Origin: Wallemia ichthyophaga EXF-994
Lineage: Eukaryota; Fungi; Basidiomycota
DNA: 248,000 nt
NCBI RefSeq assembly: GCF_000400465.1
Contig: NW_008806283.1
Coordinates: 20,001-268,000 of the forward strand
Direction of reading: 5' to 3'
A program made the position numbers and the translations under genes. The notes beneath the pieces are model-generated. The model was not told the origin of the DNA, ran no database searches, and was given only the letters and a program-made list of their open reading frames with translations. The number at the start of each line of letters is the position of its first letter. The stretch's first letter is position 1. This document shows positions 131,446-144,338 of the stretch, in pieces.

Positions 131446-134400
131446 ATGAAGAGGAGATCGACAGTTTGTGGATATGAGTTTACGTGTGAGCCATCAACAA
131501 CGCCAACAACGAAATCATCATCATCATCCTCATCGTGCTTGTCTTCCACTTTAACGAAAACAACTTCAATCTCCTCTAGATCTTTATCAATTACGGATAA
131601 GAGCGTTATAAGGAATTATCATTTACTACTTGAGTTGGTTAATACTGAGACGCAATACTACAACGACCTACGAATACTGGTAAACGTTTACTTGGACAAC
131701 CTACCCAAAGCCCTATCCTATCCAACTAGAAATCTAATCAAAAGAAATATTTCATCTATTCTCGCTTTACATTCACGTATAACGGCTTCTATTAACAAAG
131801 TACTCGATGATGAGCACTTGCAGCTAGATACCTTCACCATTGGTCCTGGTTCTGCTATTCACAAGCGCACAATTGACAGATGTACTGATAAAGTTGCAAA
131901 CAGCTTCATCGATCAAGCACCTTACTTCGACATATACAACGAATTCTGCGCTAATCACCCACGTGCCTTATCGAAATTATCCTCCTCCTCTAACCTCCCC
132001 ATTTGGCATCACTACGAGCGCAAATGCTTTGTTTTATCCCAACAATTTCACCCACAAAACAACAAATTACAATTGAAAGACTACCTCATCAAACCTATTC
132101 AACGCGTCTGTAGATATCCTCTACTTCTAGACAGCCTCTCTAAAACCTCCAACCACAAAGACTCTCACATTGATCAAGCACTCCATATTATGAAACAAGT
132201 CGCGATGAAAGCTGATCAAGCTAGACTTGAATGTGAGCAACAGGAGAAAAGCCAACTCATCGCTACTCGCTGTGAAGGCCACTCCAATCTCTCCTCCCTC
132301 GAAATTAACTCTTTTGGCACTGCAAAACTGGTTGGAGCACTAGATGTTTTTGTACACAACTCAAAACTACCTCTAATCCCTCCACTTAAAGTAAAGGTGG
132401 GGTTTTTCTTACCTCTCACTACTCTATCTCATCCAACCAACAGTACCTCGGCGCTTTTCTTTACGAACGCTTTCTTGTTCTCGTCAAAATACGCAAATCT
132501 ACCATCTATGAACCCAGATACTGGTTTCCTTTGGACTTATGGCACGTCACTGATGTTCCCTCTGGTGATGGTACGTTTTTCTTCCCTTTTTCACTCCCCT
132601 TCTGATAATTTCAGGTCTCATGCACCATTCCTTTAGACTCTCCCTTCACCTACAACACTTCGAATTCAGCTGCTGCTCCGACTCTGAAAAGCACATCTGG
132701 ATGAAAGCCATCATCAACTCCATCTCAACTAGTCGCAGGATGTGGTCACAAGATTACGTCAACTCCATGTCTCACTCCAACTCAATCAAGGCTCTCCCCA
132801 CTAACGTCGCCTACTCTCTCGCCCACAGAAAACTAACTGCTCCTGTTTCAGCAACTGCTGAGGATGTTGAGGAACAATCCGCCCAACAATCCCAGCACTT
132901 CCGTGTCTCAGCCCAAAAAAGGAACTCTCTGCCCATCGCGACTGACGTTGATCACTCCCCACAACCCCAACCTCAATCCCAGTTACCCCAGGAGTTCCCC
133001 ACACCTGCCACCTCTTTCACTTATAATCTTCTTCCCCCACCTGAGACTGCTCCTAGTATCAACACTACTAGCAGTACCCGCTTTGTCTATCATAACGGTA
133101 ACCCTGCTGAACCCCTCGTTCTCCGTCGCTCTCCTAGTGCACCTCGCGCTGCTGTCGACAAGTGCATGTCTTCAATACTCTCCGAGGAAATCTCTCAGGC
133201 TCGTCACATGGCTGCTTTAAATCTACGCAGACCAGCTCGACCACGCAAGATGCACTCTGTGCACGCCGATCTCAATATGATGGCAAATCAAGATCCCAAC
133301 CCATCTGCTAACAATACGAACACTATACACAATTCAAATACCGCAAATACTACAAAGAAAGCTGAAGTGAAACGCAGGAGAAGTTTTGTGTACCTCGATA
133401 CCAAGGATGGAACGAACAATTCATTTGGGGATATATTCGAAGATAGTGCAACGTCATCCGCACCTGGCTCTACACACAGTCGACACAAGAAAACTCCTTC
133501 TCGGATCGCTGAAATGTACGGGCGGAAACGCAAGTCATCTGCACCAACTTTATCCAACGGTTTGAATACAGGAGGTAATAGTGAAACGATGGCTAATTTG
133601 TCAGAATTGTCTGATTGGTCGCTTAACGTGAGTGTAGATGACAAGTTGAAGCATCGTCGCAAGTTGGGACACTCATTCAGTAGCCGCTTCAGCTCATTTG
133701 GCGACTCGATCAAAAACTTTACACCAGGTAGTGCCAACAGCAGTCCACTGAGCACACCGACTGCCATATATGCAACTGAGGGCGCACCTATTCCACCACC
133801 TGTTCAAAGTGTAGCCGGGGTGAGGCGTAACAGTCGCAGTTTCAGTGGATTGAAAAACACTCTGACCCTCAAGAGCAGTGCGTCAGAGCAAAACTTGGCT
133901 AAACACAAAAACCCCAATGCTAGCAAACTGTCAGAGACAGAGGCGCTTTATATCAAGTACTTACAAGGCGACATTGGTCCACCTGAAGAATCTCCTGATG
134001 AAGATAAGCAGCAAGACAAAGACAAGGACGAGAGACCTGCAGTCAGACGCAGTTTTACCTTTTCGCATGGAAATACGGATGTCAGTGAGAATGCAGATGT
134101 GATTACGGATACTGAAGTGGATAACACTATTACCCAAAACCGCACCAAACAACGTCTCAGCGACTCGTCCCAAGAACGTGGAAGGGGACAAGGTCGAGTG
134201 AGAGTGCAGCAACCGCGGGCTGTGTCGGCATCTAGTGCGGTAGGTGCGGTGAGCAATGGTAATGCACATGCACACGGCAGCAATCACAAGCGGTCCCGCT
134301 CACGTTTCTCAATGCTCATGCTACCCAGGCAGCGTGAGAGGGAGAAGGAGAGAGAGCCGATAAGTGAGCTTGAGAAAGACCACGAAGGTGCACTGAAAGG

Positions 134401-135172
134401 TCTTCAACTCAACACGGACACCCCACAGCTAGATCTTCCTGGCGATGTCGGGCGCATGTCTCCCATCAATAAGTTCTTCATATTTGGACAGAGTCAGAGC
134501 GATAGTGAGGGTTCGCCTGACGCTTTCAAACCCAGCTCGAGAAAATCGAAAAACAGACGCATCTCGCCTGCTGCTAGCCTCAGTAGCGCCCATCAACACT
134601 TGCCTGTCCACCCATTACAACCTCCTCAGCCACACTTTCGCGGTAAAAGAACGGACCACTCCGCTCCAGCATTGTCGCGCACTTCGACTGAAGCGTCGCA
134701 CGCAGGTGCTCCGCAGCTCCCAAAGCTCGTTATCGGCGAGGATGGTGGTGCAGAATGGCGCCAGAGAGTGAGGCAAAGGGAGCATGAGAAAAAGGCAATG
134801 GAGGAGGAGGGAGGAGTGAATGATTTTGGTCCGCAGAATGAACACATGACGCAGATGACGCAGAGCAATCAGAACAATATAACCAATCCTAATACTCCTG
134901 AGACAGGTACTGCTGGTGAGACGCCTAAATCCACTAAACAAAAATCATCGAACAGATCGGGCGTCTCAAAAAGCTCGCCTAATCTTCTCTCCAGACTGAA
135001 TTCGTTTAGCTCGAACAAATCTAAAAAGAGCAAAAAGGGTAAAGATTCATCGGCTTCTACCCCCGTTTCTGCCACTTCTGAAAATGGCGACGAGCAGTCT
135101 AACAGTGGCACGCTCAATCGTAAAAAGAGTCTCAAGGCTTTCCTCACTAAGATGAACTTCACGCGCGTTTGA
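131446..135172 (+). CDS. RhoGEF (DH-PH) protein
   Basis: ELVNTETQY, LIKPIQRVCRYPLLL. Confidence 0.85.
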
Positions 135173-136258
135173 GTGTGTGTAAGGTGAGTTTTGATTTGCA
135201 TGTGGATCAAGTAGCTGACACTTTCTAGCTTATTTTTACTGCACACATAGTGCGTAACCGTTTGATCAAACAAATCAACATCACATTTCCGAGTAAGAAA
135301 GAAAATAAGACAATAACCAAGACAAAAAAAAAGATACCGCAGATTTACGCGCTAAACTTTTCCAGATTTTCAAATATTGCCAATATCTTCTAATCACCCT
135401 TGAATCAAACCAATTATCAATCTGGACTTATATTTCGGTGTCAAATCTACAACACGACCAACTTGTATTACTAAACAACCAATGACAATGACGATATGTA
135501 TCTTGACATAAATGTTTGCATTTCACTATCTATATCGCTTATTGGGCTTGCTACACTGAAATTCTTTGAAAAGCTGGCACATGTACTCGATCATGGGAGA
135601 AGATAGTCTTACACAAGCATTCCACCATTCCACCACTCGGCAAGTATGACCCTTCATAATCGTGAGCCATTTATAATCCTCCCGCTGACACACCTTATCC
135701 TTGCATGATCAAACATCAATGGCGTTCATCGGACATTGAATTCGATCCTCTCTATTGCTCCACCCTAATACTTCCGAGCTGGTATTCACAGTGTTCCATC
135801 ACTGTGATATGCTATCATTCGTCATCTCAAATCAAGGTACTACCGCTAAGGTCACTACTTTCGCCTAACAAATTAACAAGCAGAAATGTACTTGCGTTGT
135901 GATAAGCATAAAATGCGGTTATTGTTCCGATTTTCAGGGTTTTTTTCCTCCTATCACATTCTCAGCCCTTCGGAATTTTTATCAAAATGATGGTGTCATT
136001 TATGTCAAGGCACACTCGGTGAATTCTAAAAAATCCCGCTAACCCGATAAAAAACCAGATCACTGCTACAATATATCATCAAGGGACAGCTTCTTCATCC
136101 TGTCGTCGTAATGTGCCTGTTCGCAGGCTTGCCCATCGCTTAAATTAAGGTGTTACTCATTCTGACTGACTTAATTAAGTGTGGGGCTCGCACTATTTAA
136201 ACTGCGAAGGTGCCTGTGATGTTTTCTTTACAAACCTTCCAACTGATACACTTTAACA

Positions 136259-137179
136259 ATGTTCAAGAAGCTACTCCTGTTCTCTGCTGCTTTGACAAGC
136301 ACAATCGTCAATGCAACCACCTATGCAACCTTCTACTCAGACCCCTCATGTACCGAGAATGCCTCTGTAGACTTTAGCGTAAACAACCCGGGCTGTTTCA
136401 GCGCTGGCAGCAACGAATACGTCAAGTATCACGGCACCAACGTCCAATGCTTCTCGCTTGTCAAATCACCAGACGCAAGCTCTCCATGCCAATTCGATTG
136501 TATAACAGGATTGTCCAACTCTAATGCTCCAGTTCCAGACTGCGCTGGTCTCATTATTCCTGAGGGCAATTGCTACTACGTTGGACAACATGAGTCACTC
136601 CGTTTCATTGGAGGCAAATGCCCATCGAACGATTGCCCAGACAGATCAAGCAGATCAATTCCAACACTCGAAGACTACGAGGATGAACATTATCAGGAGG
136701 ATAAATACTATGATGATTCCAACTCAGAGCAAGAGCAAGAACAAGAGCAAGTATCGGAGCAAGTCAGCGAAGATGGCGATATACTGGAACAAACTGTTGA
136801 CAACGTCGCCGATGGTCTCACTGATGCTGTTGACAGCCCCACTTCACCTGCACTCGACAGACGAGACTATGGTGTACCAGGCGTCGGATACTACCGCATG
136901 TGTAAAGACAAGTATTGCACCTTGGACTGCTCAATCAACTTCAGAACTACCGACCCAGGCTGTATCAACGGTGGTGACTTCAAATCTCTGCAACTACCTG
137001 GTGGTCTTGGCAGCACAAGCACTTTGCAGCTAGTTGGTACCCCTCACCCAGGCTGCGTATGTCAAGATGCTTGTTGGAATGTGCAGGGCCCTTCATGTAT
137101 GGAGTTGCCTGATGACATGAAAAACAAAGGTTCATACCGTATGATCCAGCAAGGCTCATGTGACAGCAACAACTGCTAA
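136259..137179 (+). CDS. Secreted two-domain Cys-rich protein with Kex2-type site
   Basis: Signal peptide, two similar Cys-rich domains, acidic linker ending LDRR; intronless. Confidence 0.8.
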   Translation: MFKKLLLFSAALTSTIVNATTYATFYSDPSCTENASVDFSVNNPGCFSAGSNEYVKYHGTNVQCFSLVKSPDASSPCQFDCITGLSNSNAPVPDCAGLIIPEGNCYYVGQHESLRFIGGKCPSNDCPDRSSRSIPTLEDYEDEHYQEDKYYDDSNSEQEQEQEQVSEQVSEDGDILEQTVDNVADGLTDAVDSPTSPALDRRDYGVPGVGYYRMCKDKYCTLDCSINFRTTDPGCINGGDFKSLQLPGGLGSTSTLQLVGTPHPGCVCQDACWNVQGPSCMELPDDMKNKGSYRMIQQGSCDSNNC

Positions 137180-137526
137180 GCTTTTTATAAAGTAGCGTGC
137201 TTTTTGGGATAAATTCGCGCTGTCAGTGTTGTAATATCGATCTATGTGATTCAACATCCAGGTGCATATGAGTGCAAAAAAATTATGACCATAAAAGTGT
137301 AAGAGCTGTGTAGCTCTACCATAACGTCACTGTACTGAGATACGTCAGCGAGAAGAAAGAGATAAGATGGGAAGTTATGGTATTGAACAAGAAGGCCTTT
137401 GAGACAAAGCAATGATGCTAACATTATCTGTTTTCTGAAATGGTAGTTCCGCTAGCTAAAAATTCGAATTGTTTAAAATTGAAACGACTTAATACTTATC
137501 GAATTACGATGAATGACCAAAAAGGA

Positions 137527-137607
137527 TGCATTAACCCGGAATTGAACCGGGGGCCGATCGAGCTTGATGAGTGGCAACGATCGAGGTTACCACTACCCCA
137601 TTAATGC
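137527..137607 (-). tRNA. tRNA-Gly(GCC) with 10-nt intron
   Basis: GCATTAA/TTAATGC acceptor, GATCG stem around TTGCCA, GGTTCAATTCC T-loop. Confidence 0.92.
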
Positions 137608-138279
137608 CTATGCGGATAGAGTTTTTCTTATAATATCAAATTGCGGTCGGGACGCAGAGAACAATGAGAAGACCCCAAATTTAAATTATTTAAACAATTT
137701 TTTTTTACTCTTATACAATTTAGACTTAATTCTCTTATTAATCACAGCGCCTTGCCCTTTGTGCAAAGTTTCCACCTCACAAAGATCAAGACGTTTACAG
137801 CTTGATAGAGGGTGTTATTTTACTGTAATACATCTATTATAAACAAAACAATGCTCTTCAATCGAGATTGTCGCAGCATGACGAATCCTTTCAAATTAAA
137901 AGAAAAATTGTATAAACCATATTTTTATACACCTTGACAGCAAATTCTTAAGATCTTTCATCCAAAACACTCAGTTATAAATAGAACTAATTAATACTTT
138001 TCTTTTTCTAATTCTGATTACACGCTAACATTAGGATTTTTCTTGTCGATGCTGTGATTAACACTAATATGAAAGTTTTAAAAACTTAGAATTGTGTTTG
138101 AATAAAGCTGTGCTAATTATTTACGCCGCCTGTTGGGATCTGGCTTTACTGTGCATCGCAATCTGGTATTGGGGGAGTTGATCTGATAAATGCTGACATG
138201 ATAGACCAGTATAGCCATAAAATATATCTAAGAACCTCTCTAATAACGGCATCCGATATAGCTTTTACCGCTCAGCGTC

Positions 138280-139030
138280 CTAAAATGACTCAGTGGTTCT
138301 GACACGTCGAAGGAGTTGCCGTACAAGTCGTTGTAATTCCTGAAAGTTTGAACAGTGAAATGTATCGAGAACTAATATTCCAATGAGAGTTCCAGTATTG
138401 CCTTCCCTTCATTATTTAGTTTTCTCGAATTTTTCTGAGCTGATGCCAAACCCCCGATTTCAGAGTGTGGCTGTCCCCCACTTTTCTAAGTTTAAAACCC
138501 TTCATCAAAGTGTGAAATGAGGCAAAATAGCAAAATTCTTTCCTTGGTGCCAGTTTTGAGTCCTGTAAACGCCACACAAATTTTAACTTTTTCCGAGTTT
138601 GTAGAGCTGAATAACAGAGATTTTTATGTACTTGCGGTATCCACAGGTAAAAATATTAATTTCCATTGATTAAGAGCGTAACATCCTCCAAATATATCCT
138701 ATAGCGTGCTCCAGAGCGATTTCGAGTCACCGCTTCCGATCAGCTTGCAGGACGCAACTTCGAGCACCAGGGATCTAAATATCGCATAATCGTATTATTT
138801 TAAGTCAGAGCTATCAATAAAGCCTTTTTACTTAGAAATCTCAAAAGTCGTAAATCATTTTCTGAGATGATGGGTGGCAGTCGAGAAATCGAAGTTGGTT
138901 GATATTGAATAGAGGGTTGATATTGGGATGTATTTGAAATGCTCTAGTTTATGTCATTTCAAAATTGTTCAAATTATCGGGATATGGAATCCCTAAGTTT
139001 GTAGTCTCACTGACTTGGTTATTTGCAGGG
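138280..139030 (-). repeat. Dispersed decayed gene family, copy 3
   Basis: aaacccccgatttcagagt and tagcgtgctccagagcgat blocks; TLKSGVW. Confidence 0.7.
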
Positions 139031-139226
139031 CGCCTTTGATCTAATTAATAAAAATTCATTGACTCATGTAAAAAGCTAGCTTGAATAGTAGATGATTACT
139101 CAATGTCCCTTACTCTCCCGAAACGGTTCGTAAGTTTCTGTGTTTTACACACCGGCATGAAACAGACTATCAGGCTTTAGAACATAAAAGATTAATCAAA
139201 TAAATCATTAAAAATACAATCATAAT

Positions 139227-139467
139227 GGCCTCAGAAAACACTCCAAGTCCCTCACGACAAACCACGTCAAGACATTGAAATCAACGTCGACAATTAGTTC
139301 GCGTGCACGTCATCGAGAGGCTGGCAGCGTGCTACCACCTCAGAGTTCTCGGTGAATAAGGGAAGGAGGTCACTAGTCATCGTCGAGCCAATGATAAAGT
139401 GGCAGAATTAAATCTGCGATAGACTGGATACGACCTATAGAATATGATCCTTTGGAGTACCTGACGT
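139227..139467 (-). ncRNA. U3: U3 snoRNA, copy B
   Basis: Reverse complement of the 152912-153152 copy with about 1 mismatch. Confidence 0.85.
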
Positions 139468-139667
139468 GCTGTGTGAGCATTGCTTCTAATCCACTTTAGT
139501 TGTTCACTAACCGTCTTAAAGTTTTAGGAAGAGAAGAATTACCTCTTTATACCAATCCCGTTAACGTAGATTAACGAAGTTTAACGAGGTGATTATATGC
139601 ATGGAATGTTTAAAATACAAGGATATTTATAAATGGTACACTACTGATTACACTCCTATCAATTATT

Positions 139668-141615
139668 CTATGCGGCAACAACTTGGCCGCCTTCAACAAT
139701 ACCGACTACTTCGGCACCCTCCTCGTTTTCAGGATCACGTCCACCTGGTCCTCTAGATTGCTTGCGTTTGCTAGAAGCACTTCCGACAGATACTCTGCGG
139801 CCGCGACCGTGATGCTCCTCTTCGTCTGGATTCACGACCTCCTCCGCTCCATCAGCGTCCTCCTCCTTCTTCTGAACATCTTCACCTTGAGGCAAGGGTG
139901 TCGGAAGGCGTACTTCTGGCGGAGGACCACTGAGGTCTACGCCTATGAACTTGCCATACTCAATGAGGTCAAACGGTTTTCTATTCTTGAGTGCTTGTGT
140001 GATGAGATCACTATTGTACTTCTCTTCTCTGCTAAACTTTGCTTTAATAACTCTGCGTGTACGACCTTTGAACAACATTGCTATCATTTCAAAGTCAGTG
140101 CCAAATCTACTAAGAGCCTTAGAGCAACGTGAGCGTGAGTGCTGGGTAAAGTCACATACTCACATCGTAGAACATTTCAGTCTCAAGTCTTGTCCATCTG
140201 TCTTGACGACCTCTTCCATTGCCTCTCCACGTATTGGTATTCACAAATCTATCCGTATCGAGTTCCTCGGTAACTTCATACGCCGAAGTGTCGTTACGAG
140301 AATGCGCAGAACGGTCGACAAGCAAAGACTGCTCATCTATAACAAGCTTTCCGTTGACCAATCTCATCTGCGGACCTTGCTGGTCATTTGTCTCGTCATC
140401 TTCATCGTCATCGGAAGAAGACTCATTGTTATCATCGCCATCAACTACTTCCTCCACACCCTCTTCAGCTTTCCTCTGATCTTTAATACGCTTCTTTTCG
140501 GCCTTCTTATCTTCCTTTTTCTTTCGTGTTGTTTCATCTCTCTCCTTCCTCTGCTTCTCTTCATCTTCGACGGTTCGCCTGCGACCTGTACCATCATCAC
140601 CAGCATCTTGTTTCAAATCTTCTTCATTCAATTCTCTCAATCTAACTTTCTCCTCTTTCCGCCTTTTTTTCATTTGTGCGTGTTTCTTTGTGACGTCAAC
140701 AACTCTACTACTCAGTCTGCCCACGCCGGGATCGTGAATGAGATCGGACATTTTGTAAGTACTTGTGTCTATTGGCTGAGCTTCCGGATCATCACGCCAA
140801 ATCTCCTCGATTGGTCTCTTTTTCATTCTCATCTTCTGTGTGCGTAACTGCCTAGCTGATAGCTTTGCATTATTTGCTTTTATCTCGGCTTCTTCAAGTT
140901 GATCGTCCTCCTCGCCATCATTCTTTCTCGTATTAGCGCGAGTTTGATTTTCTTTTTCTATTAAGTTGGTTTCTTGTTGCGATGAAGTGCCTACTTCTAT
141001 TCCTTGAGCTGGAGTTCCTCTGGTTGCTTGAGATGCTCTCGTCTGTAACGGATTTTGAGCAGCTCTGGTGTTAAGGGGAGCGGCTGATGATGTAGGAGTA
141101 ACAACAGCTCGCGTCTGAAGCGGCGTCTGTGATGCTCTTGTATTTAGAGGTTGCTGCGATTTTTCTTCCTGCTGTTGGTGATTGAAACGTTGATTGAAGG
141201 ATAAGGTGGAAGAAGCTCTTGATGGCAAGATTGGAGTTGGACCTTGCTTTTGCTGTGATGGTTGGGGTTGCTGGGATGATTGAGGGAGTTGAGGCTGTTG
141301 GATTGGTGCTGGTGTAGGTAAACCAGTAGCCTGCTCAGACTGCTGAGACCGCTGAGATTGCTGGGATTGCTGAGGTTGTTGGATTTGCTGTGTGGGAGCA
141401 GGTGTAGCAATTCCAGTGTTAATTTCCTGGCTTTCCCCAATCTGCTCAATCGCCGGAGTTGGCTGAGATAATTCGATATTCTCATTGGAACCTTGTTGGT
141501 GAATAGACTGAGGAGCGTCTTGCGTGGCTGGTGGAGTTGGAAGTGGGTGATCAGCATCTGTCTCTGTCTCTTTCTGCTTGGGCTTTCCAGGTGGTTTCCT
141601 AGCCTTGTTGTTCAA
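139668..141615 (-). CDS. BDP1: TFIIIB subunit Bdp1
   Basis: RWTRLETEMFY SANT, LFKGRTRRVIKAKFSREEK. Confidence 0.9.
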
Positions 141616-141763
141616 TTTTGGTGGTATTTTAAGGCCACCCTTCTCTATAAAGCCAGATTAAACAGCTAATCAAATAACAAAACACACTCACTGATTCTAC
141701 CGCTCATTTAACTTGATAATTTGAAACCAAGATCGTCATCTTCACTTACTATCAACTCTAATT

Positions 141764-143400
141764 ATGATGAAAATTGTCAAATCGGCTAGTCGGGGGAATT
141801 TACAGCTTGGGTTAAGATTCATGAGCTCATCAATCCCCCACCAACGCCCAGATGCTCCTTCTTTCCCTTGCGTGGATGCGAATGAATCAAGAGCAGCAAA
141901 GCTGGCGACACAGGCGAATAAGCTTACATTCATCAAACAAAACAATCAAAATCAGGTTAAAATTGAAGACGTTGAGGGTGAGGGCCCAGAGCCCGTATAT
142001 GCAACTCCCACTCCAGCAACTTATCAGTCTTTCACTTCACACTATCCTTTACTCTTGGATTATGGCGGTGTACTCCCTAATTTCGATATCGCTTACGAAA
142101 CTTGGGGTTCTCTCAATCAAGACAAATCAAACGCTATTCTCCTACACACGGGTTTGAGTGCGTCATCACACGCCAAGTCTCATCCAGGCAATGATACTCC
142201 TGGCTGGTGGGAAAGATTCATCGGTCCTGGCTCAGATTATGCCATTGATACTGAAAAATTCTTTGTTATCTGTACCAACGTCCTCGGTGGTTGTTATGGT
142301 TCCACTGGTCCTTCTTCTCCCCACCCAGAAGATAGTAAACCTTATGGTACAAGATTCCCTATAATTACTCAATTTGATATGGTCAGGGCTCAGTGGAGAT
142401 TGATCGATAGCCTCGGTATTCACAAACTTTACGCTTCAGCCGGTTGTTCTATGGGTGGTATGCAGTCTATCGCTGCTGCACATCTTGAACCTGAACGTGT
142501 TCGCTCGATTATATCTATCTCCGGCACTGCTCGATCAGGTTCAACCGCTGTAGCCATGAGATTCGCTCAGAGAAGTTGTTTAATGTCTGATCCAAATTGG
142601 AATAGAGGTTTTTATTACGATGGTATGCCTCCACACACAGGCATGAAGATGGCTAGACAAATCGCCACTATCACTTACAGATCTGGACCTGAGTGGGAAC
142701 AAAGATTCAGCAGAAAGAGGAGAGTCACTCCCTTGTCAGATGATGAGATGGCTACGAATGTAAACAATCCAGGAGATGCACCTAAACTGTGCCCAGATTT
142801 TCTTATCGAAACATACCTTGATCATCAAGTTAGTCGGACTTTATCTATTGTGGAGTATGTCTGACACGTCTACAGGGAGAACAATTCTGTTTGAAATACG
142901 ATGCCAACTCATTGATATACGTTTCCAAAGCAATGGATTTGTTCGATATGACCAAACCAGCCCTGATGGACATCGATCAACACCGCAAGAGAAATGAGAA
143001 CAAGGTTAATAAGGAACTGCTTGGATCAAAAACATCGCACTCAATGGAACCGCCCTCACTTGATAGTGTGCAGGTCAACAATCGCAAACCATACATTTCA
143101 ACAGCCCCAGCAGTGCCATACGCTCAAGAGTTGACTGAGGGTTTAACAAGACTATCAAAGATACCAGTATTGATTATAGGGGTGCACAGTGATATACTAT
143201 TCCCATTTGATCAGCAAAGAGAGTTGGCTGATAGCTTGAGAAAGGGAGGTGATCCTGAGCGCGTGAAATTCTTCGCACTAGATGGACCGTGGGGACACGA
143301 TACTTTCTTGTGAGGTTGAAACAGTCTTAAGAATTTCAATACTAACAATAAACAAACAGGATTGATACATCCAATGTTGGTGGTGCAATTAGAGGATTCT
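141764..143400 (+). CDS. Homoserine O-acetyltransferase family (serine O-succinyltransferase/Cys2-like)
   Basis: [23 protein letters not shown]; mitochondrial-like leader. Confidence 0.85.
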
Positions 143401-143440
143401 TGATTTGAGGATATCGTATTTTGTTGTAATTCTTTTGTGA

Positions 143441-143953
143441 TCAAAGGCCAGAGTTTGCAAATAGTGATGACAGCTCATCAATCTCACTCGACAGCTGTTT
143501 GATGGTGCTATCTTGCGGCCATTTAGCAACTAAATCATTTACATAGAGTTGTTCCATGTTGTATTCATCAATTAAGTCGCGTTTCTGAGTCAAATTAGCG
143601 CTGGATTTTAGTGGCTCACTCGCGCTTACCTCTAAATGTGTCTCCTGGTACCTACCAAACTCTTGAGACAATTTGTCGAGATGAGGACCAGCGTCTAATA
143701 CGAAGAACAAGTCCATCATTTTTTGAATAAGGTTGTCATTCTGTACGAGAACATCTTGTATACGCGGAATTGTATTATCTATTTCCGTTTTTAGTTGCAT
143801 TGCTGCTGACCCAAACTGAGTCTCCTCAAACGAGCCTGCATAGTCCTGCAAAGATCCAATCTGATCGATAAGGTTTTTGATGGCGGTAATTTGCACGCTA
143901 ACATTCTCGTCGTTTCTGTCTATTTGTTTGACTATGTTATGTAATTTGTCCAT
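143441..143953 (-). CDS. Hypothetical helical protein
   Basis: 170-aa ORF. Confidence 0.45.
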   Translation of the reverse strand: MDKLHNIVKQIDRNDENVSVQITAIKNLIDQIGSLQDYAGSFEETQFGSAAMQLKTEIDNTIPRIQDVLVQNDNLIQKMMDLFFVLDAGPHLDKLSQEFGRYQETHLEVSASEPLKSSANLTQKRDLIDEYNMEQLYVNDLVAKWPQDSTIKQLSSEIDELSSLFANSGL

Positions 143954-144338
143954 TGGCAGTGATTGTTGTTGTTTAAAAGGGTTTATTACGGGAATGATTT
144001 GTAGCTTGTAGCCTGAAATTCAAATGAGCCATTCCTAGCTGTGCTTCCAGTGCTATCGACGTGATTAAAGTTTGGCGGTTCATAAGATTCAGCGGTACAT
144101 GTGTTGGTGGATATATCGGAATATTCCATAAAATTACTTTAGGTCCTTTTTGGCGCACAACTTGTTTTGGTCTGTGCGCTTGGTGCCACTCACAAATATC
144201 CCCTTAAAGAGAAGCTCAGCCGAGCAGCACAACCGCCGCTTAAATGCACTAGTCTGCTAATGTCCTTTGTAGGTATCTCTGATAGACCCTAACCGCTCCC
144301 ATAAACTTGTATTAACCCTAACCCAAAATGGAAATTCA

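Noticed and set aside
139160-139593. Inverted repeat pair first read as solo LTRs or transposon ends
   Set aside because: The core carries ordered U3 boxes and terminal stems; no TG..CA ends or transposase between the copies.
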